A stretch of DNA of 64,000 bases from Williopsis jadinii (Eukaryota): assembly GCA_024346625.1 (NCBI GenBank), contig AP024665.1, forward strand, positions 1,054,001 through 1,118,000. The letters run 5' to 3'. The translations under genes were made by a program, and so were the position numbers. The notes beneath the pieces were generated by a model, which was not told the origin of the DNA, made no database searches, and saw nothing but the letters and a program-made list of their open reading frames with translations. Numbering within the stretch: the first letter of the stretch is position 1; every line of letters starts with the position of its first letter. Positions 13,797 through 24,630 of this stretch are shown here, piece after piece.

Positions 13797-15174
13797 AGTA
13801 TTCAACTATATCGCCGCGACTGAGGAGAGATCCCGTTTCCAGTATTCTGAAGTTCTAAAATCCGATTGATACTTGATTTGTTTAGCCGGCCTAATATATG
13901 CCACATGCTATGCACGATCTGTATGTTAATAAACCTAATATGATGGTATATCTATAAAAGCATATGCTGTATGCAAGAATTTATGCATTGGGAGGTTGAA
14001 GTCTTTTATTAGTTGTCATTCTCATAAACTCTATTATAACTCATGACAAATCGCAACGGATAAATACCACTATCCTGTACTGGCTCAAGTGGTTATCGCC
14101 ATTGAATGTACTAATTAAATACAAAGCAAGATTTAATAATGTCCTTCTGAATTCAATGAAATACTGAGTGTGAGGTGTTCAATTGTAACTGAAGAAATTC
14201 TCCACTACAATTGACTTATAATATAAAACAACTCTACTGCAAAGTTATTGTATCTCTTCATATCTATATAAAAGTGGCTCAAATGTGACCACCAACGCAG
14301 TCCACGGATTACTCGCTAAAGAAGAGCCCTGGTTATACGATCGAAGGCACGATCGAAGGCACGAACGTGTACAACTTTTATTCAATTATGTACGTGTAGA
14401 AGGCTGGATAACTAGCTGCTGTATGGTTTGTGACAGCCGAACAGTGCTGAGCAGCACAGTACTTGGGGGCTTAGGACCTGTTTGACATGAAAATGCTATG
14501 AGCATCCGGGCCCCTAGTGGTGGGCTCAACTTTACCACAACCATCCTTACAACAAAGCTCCTAAATATTCTCACCGCACTTAACATCCCACACAATCAAC
14601 ATTTGGCTCTGGAAGCCAGATATATAATACACATCCAGACCCCCCAGTTGGTTTATATCACGTTTACATTCGCTAATTTCTGGACTTATATCCCATACAT
14701 GGACAGGCGTGGATGCATACATATGTAGTACAGGGCAGTGGCAATACCCTTCCTTGCAGCAACTCTGCGCCTAGTCGAATGTTCCCTTGAGCAGGCGCAT
14801 GGCTTTAAGGTACTGTACTATGGTCCACTTGCCCACAACTGGTATGTCCATCACTGTGGCAGACCTTAACCCTGATATTTTATGCAACATTGGTGCAGGA
14901 CCTAACATGAAGTTTGGCCGTGATCCACCGACGACAACTTACACTCGCTGCAAGCCAGGTGCAAGGTGCAAGGGCACTGGGCCAACAGCCGGTGCCCACT
15001 GACCCACCCAAACGTTGCAATAATTCCCGAAGGAGGCCGCCAGGCTGACGACTTTCCTCTTGAACAAATTGGCGGTAAAAAAATATCGCGTACCTCACGA
15101 TGCTCCACCATAGAAAACTCTATTAAACGCAGATCATCACCGGTGTCAATAATATCAAATCAGCAGTAGATCTG

Positions 15175-17850
15175 ATGGCTTCGAGTAGCTCTAACACGGC
15201 AAATACGTCCACCCAGGCCGTGTTGACGGCATTTATAACCAACGGTGTGGTTTTCGGTGTGTTTGTTGGTTTGTTTCTTTTGCTGAGACTAAAGTTTTTA
15301 AGAATCTATCAACCAAAGTCCTCGTTCGATTTGATCAACGAGGAAAAGAAACCTGAACCACTGCCAAGTGGGTTATGGCAATGGCTCTTGCCGCTTGTTA
15401 AGAAGTCTGATAATTTTGTTATCAGACAAGCTGGTCTGGATGGATACTTCTTTATCAGATACTGTTTTAATGTTGCGGCTATTTGTTTTGTTTACACTTT
15501 GTTGTTGTTCCCAATCTTGCTTCCTGTGAACGGTGTCAATGGAAAGGGTAATGATGGACTGGACCGCTATACCTTTGCAAACGTGAGGATCAGAGGACGT
15601 TATTACGCCCATGCAATTCTCGCGTGGGTTGTCTACCTTGGAATTATTTACGTTATTTACAGAGAGTTGACGTACTACGCGTCGATGAGACAAGCTGTGT
15701 TGAGTTCACCACGTTACGGTAAGAAGCTTTCATCCAGAACTGTCCTTTTCCAAACAGTGCCAGATCAGTACTTGGATGAGAATGAATTCAGAAAATTGTT
15801 CGATGATGTTAAAAACGTGTGGATTGCACGCGCTTCTTCAAAGATTGAGAAGAAAGTTGAAGAACGTGACAAACTGGCTTATAGATTAGAGGCTGCCGAG
15901 GTGAAGCTGTTGAAGATGGCCATGAAAGCCAAGCTGAAAAAAGAGAAGAAAGGTGAGCCAGTGCCAACAGATATAAATGAACTGGTCCCTACCAAGAAGC
16001 GTCCATCTCATAGACTTAAGTTCCTTATCGGTAAGAAGGTCGATACTATCGAATATGCAAAGGAGAACTTACCGATTTTGAATAAAGAAGTGCAAGAGCT
16101 ACAGGCCAATCATGACAATGACAAGCCAATGAACTCGGTGTTTGTTGAATTTGGATCACAATACACTGCTCAGATGGCATACCAATCGGTTGCTCATCAT
16201 ACTGCTCTGCACATGTCCCCACGTTATATCGGTTTGGAACCAAGTGACATTGTTTGGCTAAATATGCGTCTATTCTGGTGGGAACGTCTGGTTCGTAAAA
16301 CTGGTTCTGTTGCTGCTATTGTTGCTCTGTTAATTTTCTGGTCCATTCCTGTTGCATTTGTCGGTTTGATCTCTAATGTGACTTACTTGACGAACAAACT
16401 CCATGGTCTGAACTTTATCTACAACCTACCACCAGCTCTTTTGGGTCTGATCACATCCATGCTGCCAACCATAATGTTGTTGGCACTGATGAGCTTGTTG
16501 CCAATCTTTATAAGATCTATGGCGAAGGCCTCTGGTGTTCCATCAACTCAAATGGTTGAGTATTTCACTCAGCAGTCTTATTTCGCCTTCCAGGTTATTC
16601 AAGTCTTCTTGGTGACCACGATTGCATCTTCAGCAACGTCTACTGTCACACAAATTGTTGAGGAACCTACTAGTGCAATGTATCTTCTGTCAGAGAATTT
16701 GCCAAAATCATCCAATTTCTACCTATCTTACATCTTGCTACAAGGTCTTTCAGTGTCATCCGGTGCACTTTTGCAGATTGGGACCTTGATCACGTTTTAT
16801 CTGTTTGGACTTCTTGATGGAACTCCAAGAAAGAAATGGACAAGATTCACGAAATTGTCCTCGTGCAGTTGGGGTACAACTTTCCCAGTATTTACTAACT
16901 TGACAGTTATCACATTTGCCTATGCTATCATTTCTCCATTCATCTTGTTATTTGCATCTGTTGGATTTTTCCTCATTTACCTTGCCTACCTTTACAACCT
17001 GACGTATACTTTCCAGGAATCGCCAGATGCTAGAGGTATCCATTATCCACGTGCAATGTTTCAAACTCTGGTTGGAGTGTATCTGGGAGAAGTGTGTCTT
17101 CTTGGGTTGTTTGCCGTGTCCAAGGCTTGGGGACCATTAGTAATCGTTGCAATCTTGTTAGGATTTACAACTTTCCTCCATACCAACTTGAACGAAGCCT
17201 TCGACCATCTATTAACTGTTGTTCCAGTTGATACCATGAAGCCACTCGATGGTGTTTCTGATACACCATCATACCGTCACCACAATGACAGCTGGGCACC
17301 ACGCGATTCTGGACTCTATGATAAATCGCTTCTCTCAAGTGTGAGACATGATAGTTCATTCCTTTCCCCACCGGTTAATGCGTTTGAAATGGGCGACTTG
17401 AGTAGACTCAGTGTTGAGTACGCTCGCCATGGTAGCAGTGTGCCATTACTTGCTGATGGCGATGAAAAGTTGATTCCACCAGCTCCGTTCTGGAAGAGAT
17501 TCTTGTTGCCACACATCTACGCATCGTACAAAGTGTCGAAAACACGTCTACCTGACATATATCAATTTAAGGATCCATCTGAAGAAACTGATGCTGTGAA
17601 GCTTCAGCACGCTTATGATTACCCAGCTGTGTCTGCCAAGTGTCCAATTCTCTGGATTCCAAGAGATCCTTTGGGATTGAGCACTATTGAGATTGAGAAA
17701 CTTAAAGGAGTTGTTGACATACGTGATGAGCACTCAGAATTTAACGAGAAGGGAAAGGTTGTGTGGACTGGACCGCCACCTAGCTATGAAGAGTCCAACT
17801 CCAGTGTTGAAGAGCTCAACAGTGATAAAGCTCAAAATGAATCGAATTGA
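15175..17850 (+). CDS. PHM7: CSC1/OSCA/TMEM63-family membrane channel (Phm7/Rsn1-like), 891 aa
   Basis: Long multi-TM ORF with RIYQPK, AGLDGYFFIRY, SSRTVLFQTVP, DIVWLNM, YFAFQVIQVFLVTT and ENLPKSSNFY motifs. The paralog (PHM7 vs RSN1) is uncertain. Confidence 0.85.
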   Translation: MASSSSNTANTSTQAVLTAFITNGVVFGVFVGLFLLLRLKFLRIYQPKSSFDLINEEKKPEPLPSGLWQWLLPLVKKSDNFVIRQAGLDGYFFIRYCFNVAAICFVYTLLLFPILLPVNGVNGKGNDGLDRYTFANVRIRGRYYAHAILAWVVYLGIIYVIYRELTYYASMRQAVLSSPRYGKKLSSRTVLFQTVPDQYLDENEFRKLFDDVKNVWIARASSKIEKKVEERDKLAYRLEAAEVKLLKMAMKAKLKKEKKGEPVPTDINELVPTKKRPSHRLKFLIGKKVDTIEYAKENLPILNKEVQELQANHDNDKPMNSVFVEFGSQYTAQMAYQSVAHHTALHMSPRYIGLEPSDIVWLNMRLFWWERLVRKTGSVAAIVALLIFWSIPVAFVGLISNVTYLTNKLHGLNFIYNLPPALLGLITSMLPTIMLLALMSLLPIFIRSMAKASGVPSTQMVEYFTQQSYFAFQVIQVFLVTTIASSATSTVTQIVEEPTSAMYLLSENLPKSSNFYLSYILLQGLSVSSGALLQIGTLITFYLFGLLDGTPRKKWTRFTKLSSCSWGTTFPVFTNLTVITFAYAIISPFILLFASVGFFLIYLAYLYNLTYTFQESPDARGIHYPRAMFQTLVGVYLGEVCLLGLFAVSKAWGPLVIVAILLGFTTFLHTNLNEAFDHLLTVVPVDTMKPLDGVSDTPSYRHHNDSWAPRDSGLYDKSLLSSVRHDSSFLSPPVNAFEMGDLSRLSVEYARHGSSVPLLADGDEKLIPPAPFWKRFLLPHIYASYKVSKTRLPDIYQFKDPSEETDAVKLQHAYDYPAVSAKCPILWIPRDPLGLSTIEIEKLKGVVDIRDEHSEFNEKGKVVWTGPPPSYEESNSSVEELNSDKAQNESN

Positions 17851-18028
17851 AGGGCAGTGTCGGCGTCATGACAGGATGACCCAGGTGTGTGTTAATAATT
17901 GTGTTTTCTGTCTTTTTACTATAGTTAATGAATATATCATCGTGATGTTGATGAATTGTGTTTCCTTCCATAAGACTCTCTTATAACGAGTAAGGGTCTT
18001 TTATTTACAAGATTACTTTTGTATATAT

Positions 18029-19261
18029 TCAGCTTTCGAAAGCACCATCTTTACCAAATAACCAATCCCATCTTCCCTTTTTATGGAGCATTGCTAGGAT
18101 TAAAACTCCCGGCAGATGCCATACAGAAGCCCAAAAGGTCTTTTTGGCGTACATGTTTGCCAGTTTCATTCCCTCTGCTGTTGGTGTCTTGCCCTTAGCA
18201 TAGTTGATACGCTGTTGTTTCCAAAACATAAAACTCCAGTATGCCATCCAGCCGTTCAGTATACCAGAATCCAAGGGGAAGACTGAGTCAGTCACTCCAT
18301 AGTAGGTTAATAAGAAACATATTGGGAACATGAGTAGGGCATAACGGAACCCAACACGGGCATTAAGCCTTGGATTGACAAAACAGGTCATGACATAACC
18401 TGCCCCCTTGTAATCTTGACGTATACCGTGTGATAATGCGTTAAAGTGAGGAAACTGCCACGCGTACAACAACGCTGCCAAACACCAAGCACCTGGGTCA
18501 GATAACGGGGAAGACGAGGCCCATCCCATCAAAGGTGGGATTGCACCAACCAGCGCTCCTACCCAGGTGTTTATGATATGTGTACGTTTCAATGACGTGT
18601 ACATCCAGGCATATAGAACGATATTGGCTGCACCCAGTAACCCCACCGTGGTATTCACACCTGCGCAGAGCACTGTGACACCCACTGTTCCTGCGACTGC
18701 AGCAAACTCGTAGGCCTGTTTTGGAGTCAGCAGTCCACGCACTATTGGTCTACCAACGGTACGGGCCATGAGCTTGTCAAAATCAGGCTCCCTTGCCTGG
18801 TTAATGGCGTTTGCAGAGGCGGAACAGAGAGCAGTCCCAAGAGTCAGGTTTAACAACTGTGGGATCGTAGCATTGTAAGGAGTGAGCGCATAGGAGCAGA
18901 TAGCACTCAGCACAACCAGCGCAGTCAGTCTCGGCTTGGAAAGCGCCACGTATGGCGCTATGAGCCCCTTCTGCGCAGTCTTGATATCGATACCGTTGAC
19001 ATCCTTCTGCTTCACTTCAAATGGAATATGGGAGGTTTCCAGCGTAGGCTTCGTGGACACGTCGTCCGTGCAGCTCAGCGCTCTCGCAAGCTTCGAATTG
19101 GTCGTCAGTATACTGTTCGAGATGAACTGCAACGGCGAGCGATCAAGGCCATCCTCAGCCTTCACTTGTGTCCTGGTGGTACCCAGCGACCTCTTCAACA
19201 CGCGTGGAAACACGTAGAGCACCGGTCTTCTTATCAAACACGGATGGGGGAGCGCAATCAT
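18029..19261 (-). CDS. COX10: Protoheme IX farnesyltransferase, mitochondrial
   Basis: LSKPRLTALVV, ANAINQ..E...D..M.RT..RP, NTWVGALVGAIPPLMGW and WQFPHFNAL motifs; presequence-like N-terminus. Confidence 0.95.
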   Translation of the reverse strand: MIALPHPCLIRRPVLYVFPRVLKRSLGTTRTQVKAEDGLDRSPLQFISNSILTTNSKLARALSCTDDVSTKPTLETSHIPFEVKQKDVNGIDIKTAQKGLIAPYVALSKPRLTALVVLSAICSYALTPYNATIPQLLNLTLGTALCSASANAINQAREPDFDKLMARTVGRPIVRGLLTPKQAYEFAAVAGTVGVTVLCAGVNTTVGLLGAANIVLYAWMYTSLKRTHIINTWVGALVGAIPPLMGWASSSPLSDPGAWCLAALLYAWQFPHFNALSHGIRQDYKGAGYVMTCFVNPRLNARVGFRYALLMFPICFLLTYYGVTDSVFPLDSGILNGWMAYWSFMFWKQQRINYAKGKTPTAEGMKLANMYAKKTFWASVWHLPGVLILAMLHKKGRWDWLFGKDGAFES

Positions 19262-19579
19262 CTGTCCTTCCCTGTTCGGATAGCCAGCAGAGCTCTCTGT
19301 GTGTGGTTACGTCCTCCTCGAACTCGAGCTTGTCCGGCTTGGCCCCGTTCATTCGCACCGTAGGCTGAGTGGGACTATGAAGTTTTGCACCAGGCGAGGG
19401 CAGGGAGGGCGCACAGAGAGGGAGAAAAAACGTGGCCGTAACGACAATAATGACATCAACAAGGCGAGATATCGGAGTATACGAACGAGTTATTGGTATC
19501 TTCGTACTTGTGATGGTGCGAATGGTGGATTCTACAGGGGGAGTGAGGTCTAGGAGGTTGCTTTTGTTGTTTTGTTTGG

Positions 19580-20482
19580 TTAATTATCACCTTTCTCCTT
19601 GTTAGCGATCTTGTTCTCGATCAAATCGTGGAATGCAATGATACTTCTAACGAGACTGGAGACGTAGGTCATCATGAGCTCATCGTTGGTCTTCACGGTG
19701 AAAGAGGTGGCGAGTGGGTTGATGACGCCGTTCAGACCTTCGTCCAGGCCAGAGAGGTTTGGCAGGAGGTTGAAGATGTCCTGCAGTTTGCCGAGGATAT
19801 CGTTGTTGATAGGCAAATACCCGAGGGAGACTTTGTCCAAGTATCCAACGATTTCCCTGAGCTTCTGCTGTAGTCCCTGCAACGATTTGATCTGGTCTGT
19901 GATCTTTATGGACAAAGATCCCGCGGCTTGGTCACGGATGTCACGAAGTAAGTGTTCTACTCCAATCTCTTCGGCTTCTTCAGCTTCTATGGTGGACGGG
20001 ATATGGTTGAAGGTTGGTTCTGTCAAAGTTCCATCCTTCTTCACCGCCACAACTGCCACATATGCATCGGTTGGGATTCCAACGCCGGTTTCCTTCATAT
20101 CAACAATGAGTAGCGTTGGGTTTGCAGTGTACTTCTTGAACAGATCGTTTATCTTCAAATCTGACATTCTCAGCTTTGGGCCGGAGTGGTACCATCCAAT
20201 GAGCTTCTCCTTTGCATTGATCTTCTTGAACATTTCATACATGTTCTCGATGTAGTTGTGGTCCAGGAACCACACTTCAGGGTTCTTTTCATCCTCTTCG
20301 AACGGGATGGCAAATGAATTGGAGACACGGATAGTATCAGTGGAGTTGTCTCCAAGTATCACACCAAGAACACGTTTCTTTGTGTCCTTAGCTACCCTGT
20401 TGTAGTGGTCCACAACGGATAGTAGGACAAGTGGTGCTACGCTCACTTGTTTATGTAGAAGGGATTCGTCTGTGACTGGCAT
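19580..20482 (-). CDS. RPN8: 26S proteasome lid subunit Rpn8 (MPN domain)
   Basis: [29 protein letters not shown] and [16 protein letters not shown] motifs. Start moved from the TTG in the ORF track to the ATG at 20482. Confidence 0.96.
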   Translation of the reverse strand: MPVTDESLLHKQVSVAPLVLLSVVDHYNRVAKDTKKRVLGVILGDNSTDTIRVSNSFAIPFEEDEKNPEVWFLDHNYIENMYEMFKKINAKEKLIGWYHSGPKLRMSDLKINDLFKKYTANPTLLIVDMKETGVGIPTDAYVAVVAVKKDGTLTEPTFNHIPSTIEAEEAEEIGVEHLLRDIRDQAAGSLSIKITDQIKSLQGLQQKLREIVGYLDKVSLGYLPINNDILGKLQDIFNLLPNLSGLDEGLNGVINPLATSFTVKTNDELMMTYVSSLVRSIIAFHDLIENKIANKEKGDN

Positions 20483-20797
20483 CTTTGGTGGCAATCGATA
20501 TGGACTTTATCGGGTAAGAGAGCACACTTTAACCAAAAGATGACAGGATATAATGGCAGGTACAATGACAGCTTCCCAATGTCAACAATCTGGTCGAATT
20601 GGTGAGGGTCTTTATGCTTATGTTCAACGAGTCGTTAACACTTTGTTGACGTTGTTGTTGTTTCTCGCCTTCCAAATTCGATCAACAGTAGAAAACCAAA
20701 AACCCAAACACCAAATGGTTGAATTATTTTCGAATTATAATATATAATTTATAATTTTAATGTCATGTTTTTTTGCCTTGAAATCCATTTTATGGGC

Positions 20798-20805
20798 CTC
20801 ATCGC
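20798..20805 (-). promoter_or_regulatory. PAC motif (GCGATGAG) upstream of GPN2
   Basis: CTCATCGC about 45 bp upstream of the GPN2 ATG. Confidence 0.55.
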
Positions 20806-20850
20806 TCGTGTTCAACTTCATCACTTCATTACACAACAACAACACAGCAA

Positions 20851-21876
20851 ATGCCGTTTGGACAAATCGTGATTGGGCCTCCAGGATCCGGGAAATCGAC
20901 TTATTGTCATGGTGTTCAGCAGTTCTTCAACGCCATCGGCCGGTCCTCAGCGATCATAAACCTGGACCCGGCAAACGACCACCTGAACTACGATTGTTCT
21001 CTGGACATTAGGGATTTCATAACGCTTGAAGATATCATGGAACAACAAAACTTGGGTCCCAACGGTGGGTTGATGTTTGCACTTGAGAGTCTTGACGACT
21101 CTGTGCAGCTGCTGGTTGACAAGATCAAAAAAATCAGTGAAAAATCGTACGTTGTCTTTGACTGTCCAGGTCAAGTTGAGCTATTTACCCATCATTCGTC
21201 GTTGCACCATATCTTCATCAAGCTACAAAAACAGATCGATTTGAGACTCTGTGTTGTGAGTCTCATCGATAGTTTCTACCTGACCAGTCCATCGCAGTAC
21301 GTTAGTGTCTTGCTCTTAGCACTGCGATCCATGTTGCAGTTAGATCTGCCCCAGGTTAATGTCATCAGTAAGATTGACTTGATTTCGAACTATGGGGAGC
21401 TACCCTTCAGTTTGGATTACTACACGCAAGTGCAGGACCTTTCCTATTTGACTCCGTACATAGAGAAGGAATCTAACTCGGTGTTGGGTAAAAGGTACTC
21501 AAGGTTAACAGAGCTCATTGCAGAATTGGTTGAAGACTTCAACCTTGTTTCCTTTGAAGTGTTGGCAGTGGAAGATAAACAATCAATGATAAACCTGCTG
21601 ACAGTTATAGACAAGGCCAACGGTTACATGTTTGGAACTACTGAGATTGGTGGTGACACCGTTTGGGCAGAGGCGACCAGACAGGGTGGTTATGAGGATG
21701 TCGACATCCAAGATCGGTGGATAGATAACAAGGACAAATACGACGAGGAAGAACGGAATAGACTTGCAAAACTACAAAAGGAGGCCCAGGAATTGGAAAA
21801 GACCTTCGATGTTGAAGATGAATGGGAAGCAGCGTTAAAAGATTGGGAAGAATCGCATACAACTATACGTAGATAG
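20851..21876 (+). CDS. GPN2: GPN-loop GTPase 2
   Basis: GPPGSGKSTYC P-loop, NLDPAND, LGPNGGL, DCPGQVELFTHH. Adjacent to RPN8, as I recall for S. cerevisiae. Confidence 0.96.
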   Translation: MPFGQIVIGPPGSGKSTYCHGVQQFFNAIGRSSAIINLDPANDHLNYDCSLDIRDFITLEDIMEQQNLGPNGGLMFALESLDDSVQLLVDKIKKISEKSYVVFDCPGQVELFTHHSSLHHIFIKLQKQIDLRLCVVSLIDSFYLTSPSQYVSVLLLALRSMLQLDLPQVNVISKIDLISNYGELPFSLDYYTQVQDLSYLTPYIEKESNSVLGKRYSRLTELIAELVEDFNLVSFEVLAVEDKQSMINLLTVIDKANGYMFGTTEIGGDTVWAEATRQGGYEDVDIQDRWIDNKDKYDEEERNRLAKLQKEAQELEKTFDVEDEWEAALKDWEESHTTIRR

Positions 21877-21907
21877 AGGTACTGAAAGTAATAACAGCAC
21901 ATGGTAT

Positions 21908-22231
21908 TTACTGAGCATTGGTTGATAGCACTTTCTTTGCGGTGGCGATATTGGCACTGGCACTGTCCAGACTATCCTCGCCGGTGTAGTCCTTCAAGAA
22001 CTGCTCCAGTGACTCCAACGACTGTTGAATCTTCTCCCTGAGAAGTGGAATCATCTTCTTCGTGTCTTCCAACACCTCAACTTGTTTCTTGATCTCGTAC
22101 TCATCAGCGTCCGCGGACTTCATGCTCGCAATCACACCCTCTTGCTCTTTCACCTCATCGTGATATATGGTCTCTTCCTTAATGAGTCTTCCAAGCGCTC
22201 TGGTTTTGATCTCAAGCTGTGATGGTGACAT
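21908..22231 (-). CDS. RBL2: Tubulin folding cofactor A
   Basis: QLEIKTRALGRLIKEE..Y, DEYEIKKQ.EVL.DT..MIP; 107 aa. Confidence 0.93.
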   Translation of the reverse strand: MSPSQLEIKTRALGRLIKEETIYHDEVKEQEGVIASMKSADADEYEIKKQVEVLEDTKKMIPLLREKIQQSLESLEQFLKDYTGEDSLDSASANIATAKKVLSTNAQ

Positions 22232-22308
22232 TGCGGTTTGATAGTTTTGATATTTGCTTTAATGATGTTTTTGTGTATGTTTTTGTTTACTTTTTTGTTA
22301 ACTTGTAC

Positions 22309-22354
22309 AAATTTTTTTCATTCTCTTTACGTCCCGTATTCGTTACCTCATCGC
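22309..22354. promoter_or_regulatory. RRPE-like and PAC motifs between divergent RBL2 and BUD27
   Basis: AAATTTTTTTCA at 22309-22320 and CTCATCGC at 22347-22354. Confidence 0.55.
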
Positions 22355-22404
22355 CACGACGCTACAAAGTACTGAAAAGGGTACAGCGGTACGCAACAGA
22401 AGGT

Positions 22405-24549
22405 ATGGAAGGTGTTGAAGACCCGATGGCCCAAATAAGGGCCAAGGTGAATGAAACTGTTGAGAGTCTCCAAAGTAAAAAGGAGCTCTTGGTAAGCCAT
22501 AGATCACAGTATGAGGACCTGAAGTTCAAGCTATTTGACTATGCGCAGATGAGTAAAGAGTCTCATCCACAGATAACCGTGCAAATGACCTCGAAGGCGA
22601 AGGTGAAAGCACGTGTGGTTGACCCTTCAAAGATCCTAGTGTTTCTGGGCTGTGAATACTTTGTTGAGAGGGATCCGAAGAGTGCCGTTGATCAAGTTGA
22701 GACGAGGTTGAAGTACCTTACACCTGCCATCCATGAATTTGAAACAAAGATCAAAGAGGCTAAGAAAACCGTAGAGAACATTGATACCCTTGTTCAGTAT
22801 GAAAGTGAGAGAGAGACAAGCACTGATGATCGTGGCGCTCAAAATGCAAAGAATGAAGAAGGTTTGGCATTTATGGATATTAGAGAAGAATTGGATGAAG
22901 AGGGAAATGTCATTAGCAGTTCTGTGAATCCTCAGGATGAGAAGAGGTTGCACGACTTTGGTAAAGAACATGGCGTCGACTCAAAGGCGTCTGAAATGAC
23001 AGAGCTGGAAGAGTTAATGGAAGATATGGGCATTTCTAAAACGCCTGAACCAAAGATTAAGGAAATTGAGGATATTGCTCAACTACCTGACCTTGGAGCC
23101 TCTGAGCTTGTCAATGATGCTGTTGAAGAATTTATCAAGGAGAGCGTTGTGGAAGAGAATATTGACGAAGTCACCAAAGAGGTAGAAGACACGACAGGCA
23201 CCAAAGACATCATCGAGACCACAGAGACCACTGATGATGAACCCAAGGAGGATATTATTCAACATCCATATTTTGCACTGTTAAAAGAGATGGGCATAAT
23301 ATCAATCACTGAGTCCAAACTTTGTGATAAAGATGATACAACAAATAGCTCACGTGGAAATATCGACAAGAGTGCTTCCTCTGTTGAGGATGGAGCTAAC
23401 GAATATGATCCTTCCAAACCAGCAATAGACCCGGATGATATATTACAGTTACAAATCATTGCTGATGAATTCGACGAAGATGACGTTGATTTTGACGATC
23501 TAGAGTATGGGTTTGATCAAGACGATTCAACAGATGAAGATACCGATGGTGATTGGGATATTTCAGATGAGAGTAAAGCTTTGGTTCCTCCTACAAGCAT
23601 GGCATTGTTTAAGAAAGAGCTTGAGAAAATGAGAAATGAGAAGACACAAGAAAAAGAAACCATCAACGAAGCTGTCATAGATGATATATTCACCGAAGGT
23701 GCAAAAGCAAAGAAGAAGAAATCTGTCTCTTTTGCCAAAGAACTTCAAATTAAAGAAGTTGAGAACATCTCGGAAGAGCTAAAACGGAACCAAAAGGCAC
23801 AATCAAAAGTTTCAAAGTTTAAACAGATGAGAAATTCAAAGATACCAATCTCTGAAACAAACAAATATGTCAAAGAAGATAAGGTAGTCGAAGAAGAAAG
23901 TATAACATCAGATATCGTTGAACGTGATATTGTTGAAACTTTCTCTGGCATCTCTGAAGTGACAGAAAACGGAAAAGAAGCTAAGCCTAAGAGGTTGTCA
24001 AAGTTCAAAGCTCAGCATTCGTTATTGAAACCTAAAACTAGGGCTCCAACAACGCCAACTTGTATTTCACCACCAGTCAGCAACGTTGAGGTTGAAAGTG
24101 AATCAACCCCAGAGCTTGATTACGAAAGTATCAAAGCATATGTACTAAGAGATGAAGATGAAGAAGATGGCGACTTTACCAGAGAACTTTCTGAAGGAAT
24201 AGAGGTTTATAATCCAGAATTAGATGACGAGGATTCAAACGAAATTAATATGGAAGAAGAAGAGCAAAATGATGAATTGGATGATGGTCCAATAATGCTT
24301 GATGAGATTGTTGAAAATGATGAAGTTGATGATCCGGATTATTATGTTAATGATAACATCATTGCGAAGGAATATTCGGACCTTCGTAAAAAGATGTTGG
24401 AGAAATATGGCGACAAGTCCCAATCCAATGATAAGGAACCAATTGTTGTCATTAAGCACCAAGAAGAGAAGAATGAATTGGAACCTATTGACGAACATGG
24501 AAACCCAATCAAGGTGAGTCGCTTCAAGAAATCACTCTCAAGACGCTAA
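22405..24549 (+). CDS. BUD27: Unconventional prefoldin URI/Bud27-like protein
   Basis: N-terminal alpha-prefoldin motif (ILVFLGCEYFVER), MDIREELDEEG, acidic tracts, KKSVSFA, repeated VSKFK/SRFKK. The likely ATG is 22405; the upstream extension in the ORF track looks like promoter sequence. Confidence 0.88.
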   Translation: MEGVEDPMAQIRAKVNETVESLQSKKELLVSHRSQYEDLKFKLFDYAQMSKESHPQITVQMTSKAKVKARVVDPSKILVFLGCEYFVERDPKSAVDQVETRLKYLTPAIHEFETKIKEAKKTVENIDTLVQYESERETSTDDRGAQNAKNEEGLAFMDIREELDEEGNVISSSVNPQDEKRLHDFGKEHGVDSKASEMTELEELMEDMGISKTPEPKIKEIEDIAQLPDLGASELVNDAVEEFIKESVVEENIDEVTKEVEDTTGTKDIIETTETTDDEPKEDIIQHPYFALLKEMGIISITESKLCDKDDTTNSSRGNIDKSASSVEDGANEYDPSKPAIDPDDILQLQIIADEFDEDDVDFDDLEYGFDQDDSTDEDTDGDWDISDESKALVPPTSMALFKKELEKMRNEKTQEKETINEAVIDDIFTEGAKAKKKKSVSFAKELQIKEVENISEELKRNQKAQSKVSKFKQMRNSKIPISETNKYVKEDKVVEEESITSDIVERDIVETFSGISEVTENGKEAKPKRLSKFKAQHSLLKPKTRAPTTPTCISPPVSNVEVESESTPELDYESIKAYVLRDEDEEDGDFTRELSEGIEVYNPELDDEDSNEINMEEEEQNDELDDGPIMLDEIVENDEVDDPDYYVNDNIIAKEYSDLRKKMLEKYGDKSQSNDKEPIVVIKHQEEKNELEPIDEHGNPIKVSRFKKSLSRR

Positions 24550-24630
24550 CTACGTGGGTAAATGACATTTAGAGAATATGGTATGCAACAGTGGTATGGT
24601 TTGTGGTTCATATTTGCATCTGAATAGATA

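Noticed and set aside
22219..22404. N-terminal extensions from upstream or TTG/GTG starts in the ORF track (BUD27; also OST3, MDE1, CTR3, POP7, MF-alpha, GCD1)
   Set aside because: The extensions are low-complexity promoter sequence; family homology begins at the downstream ATG.
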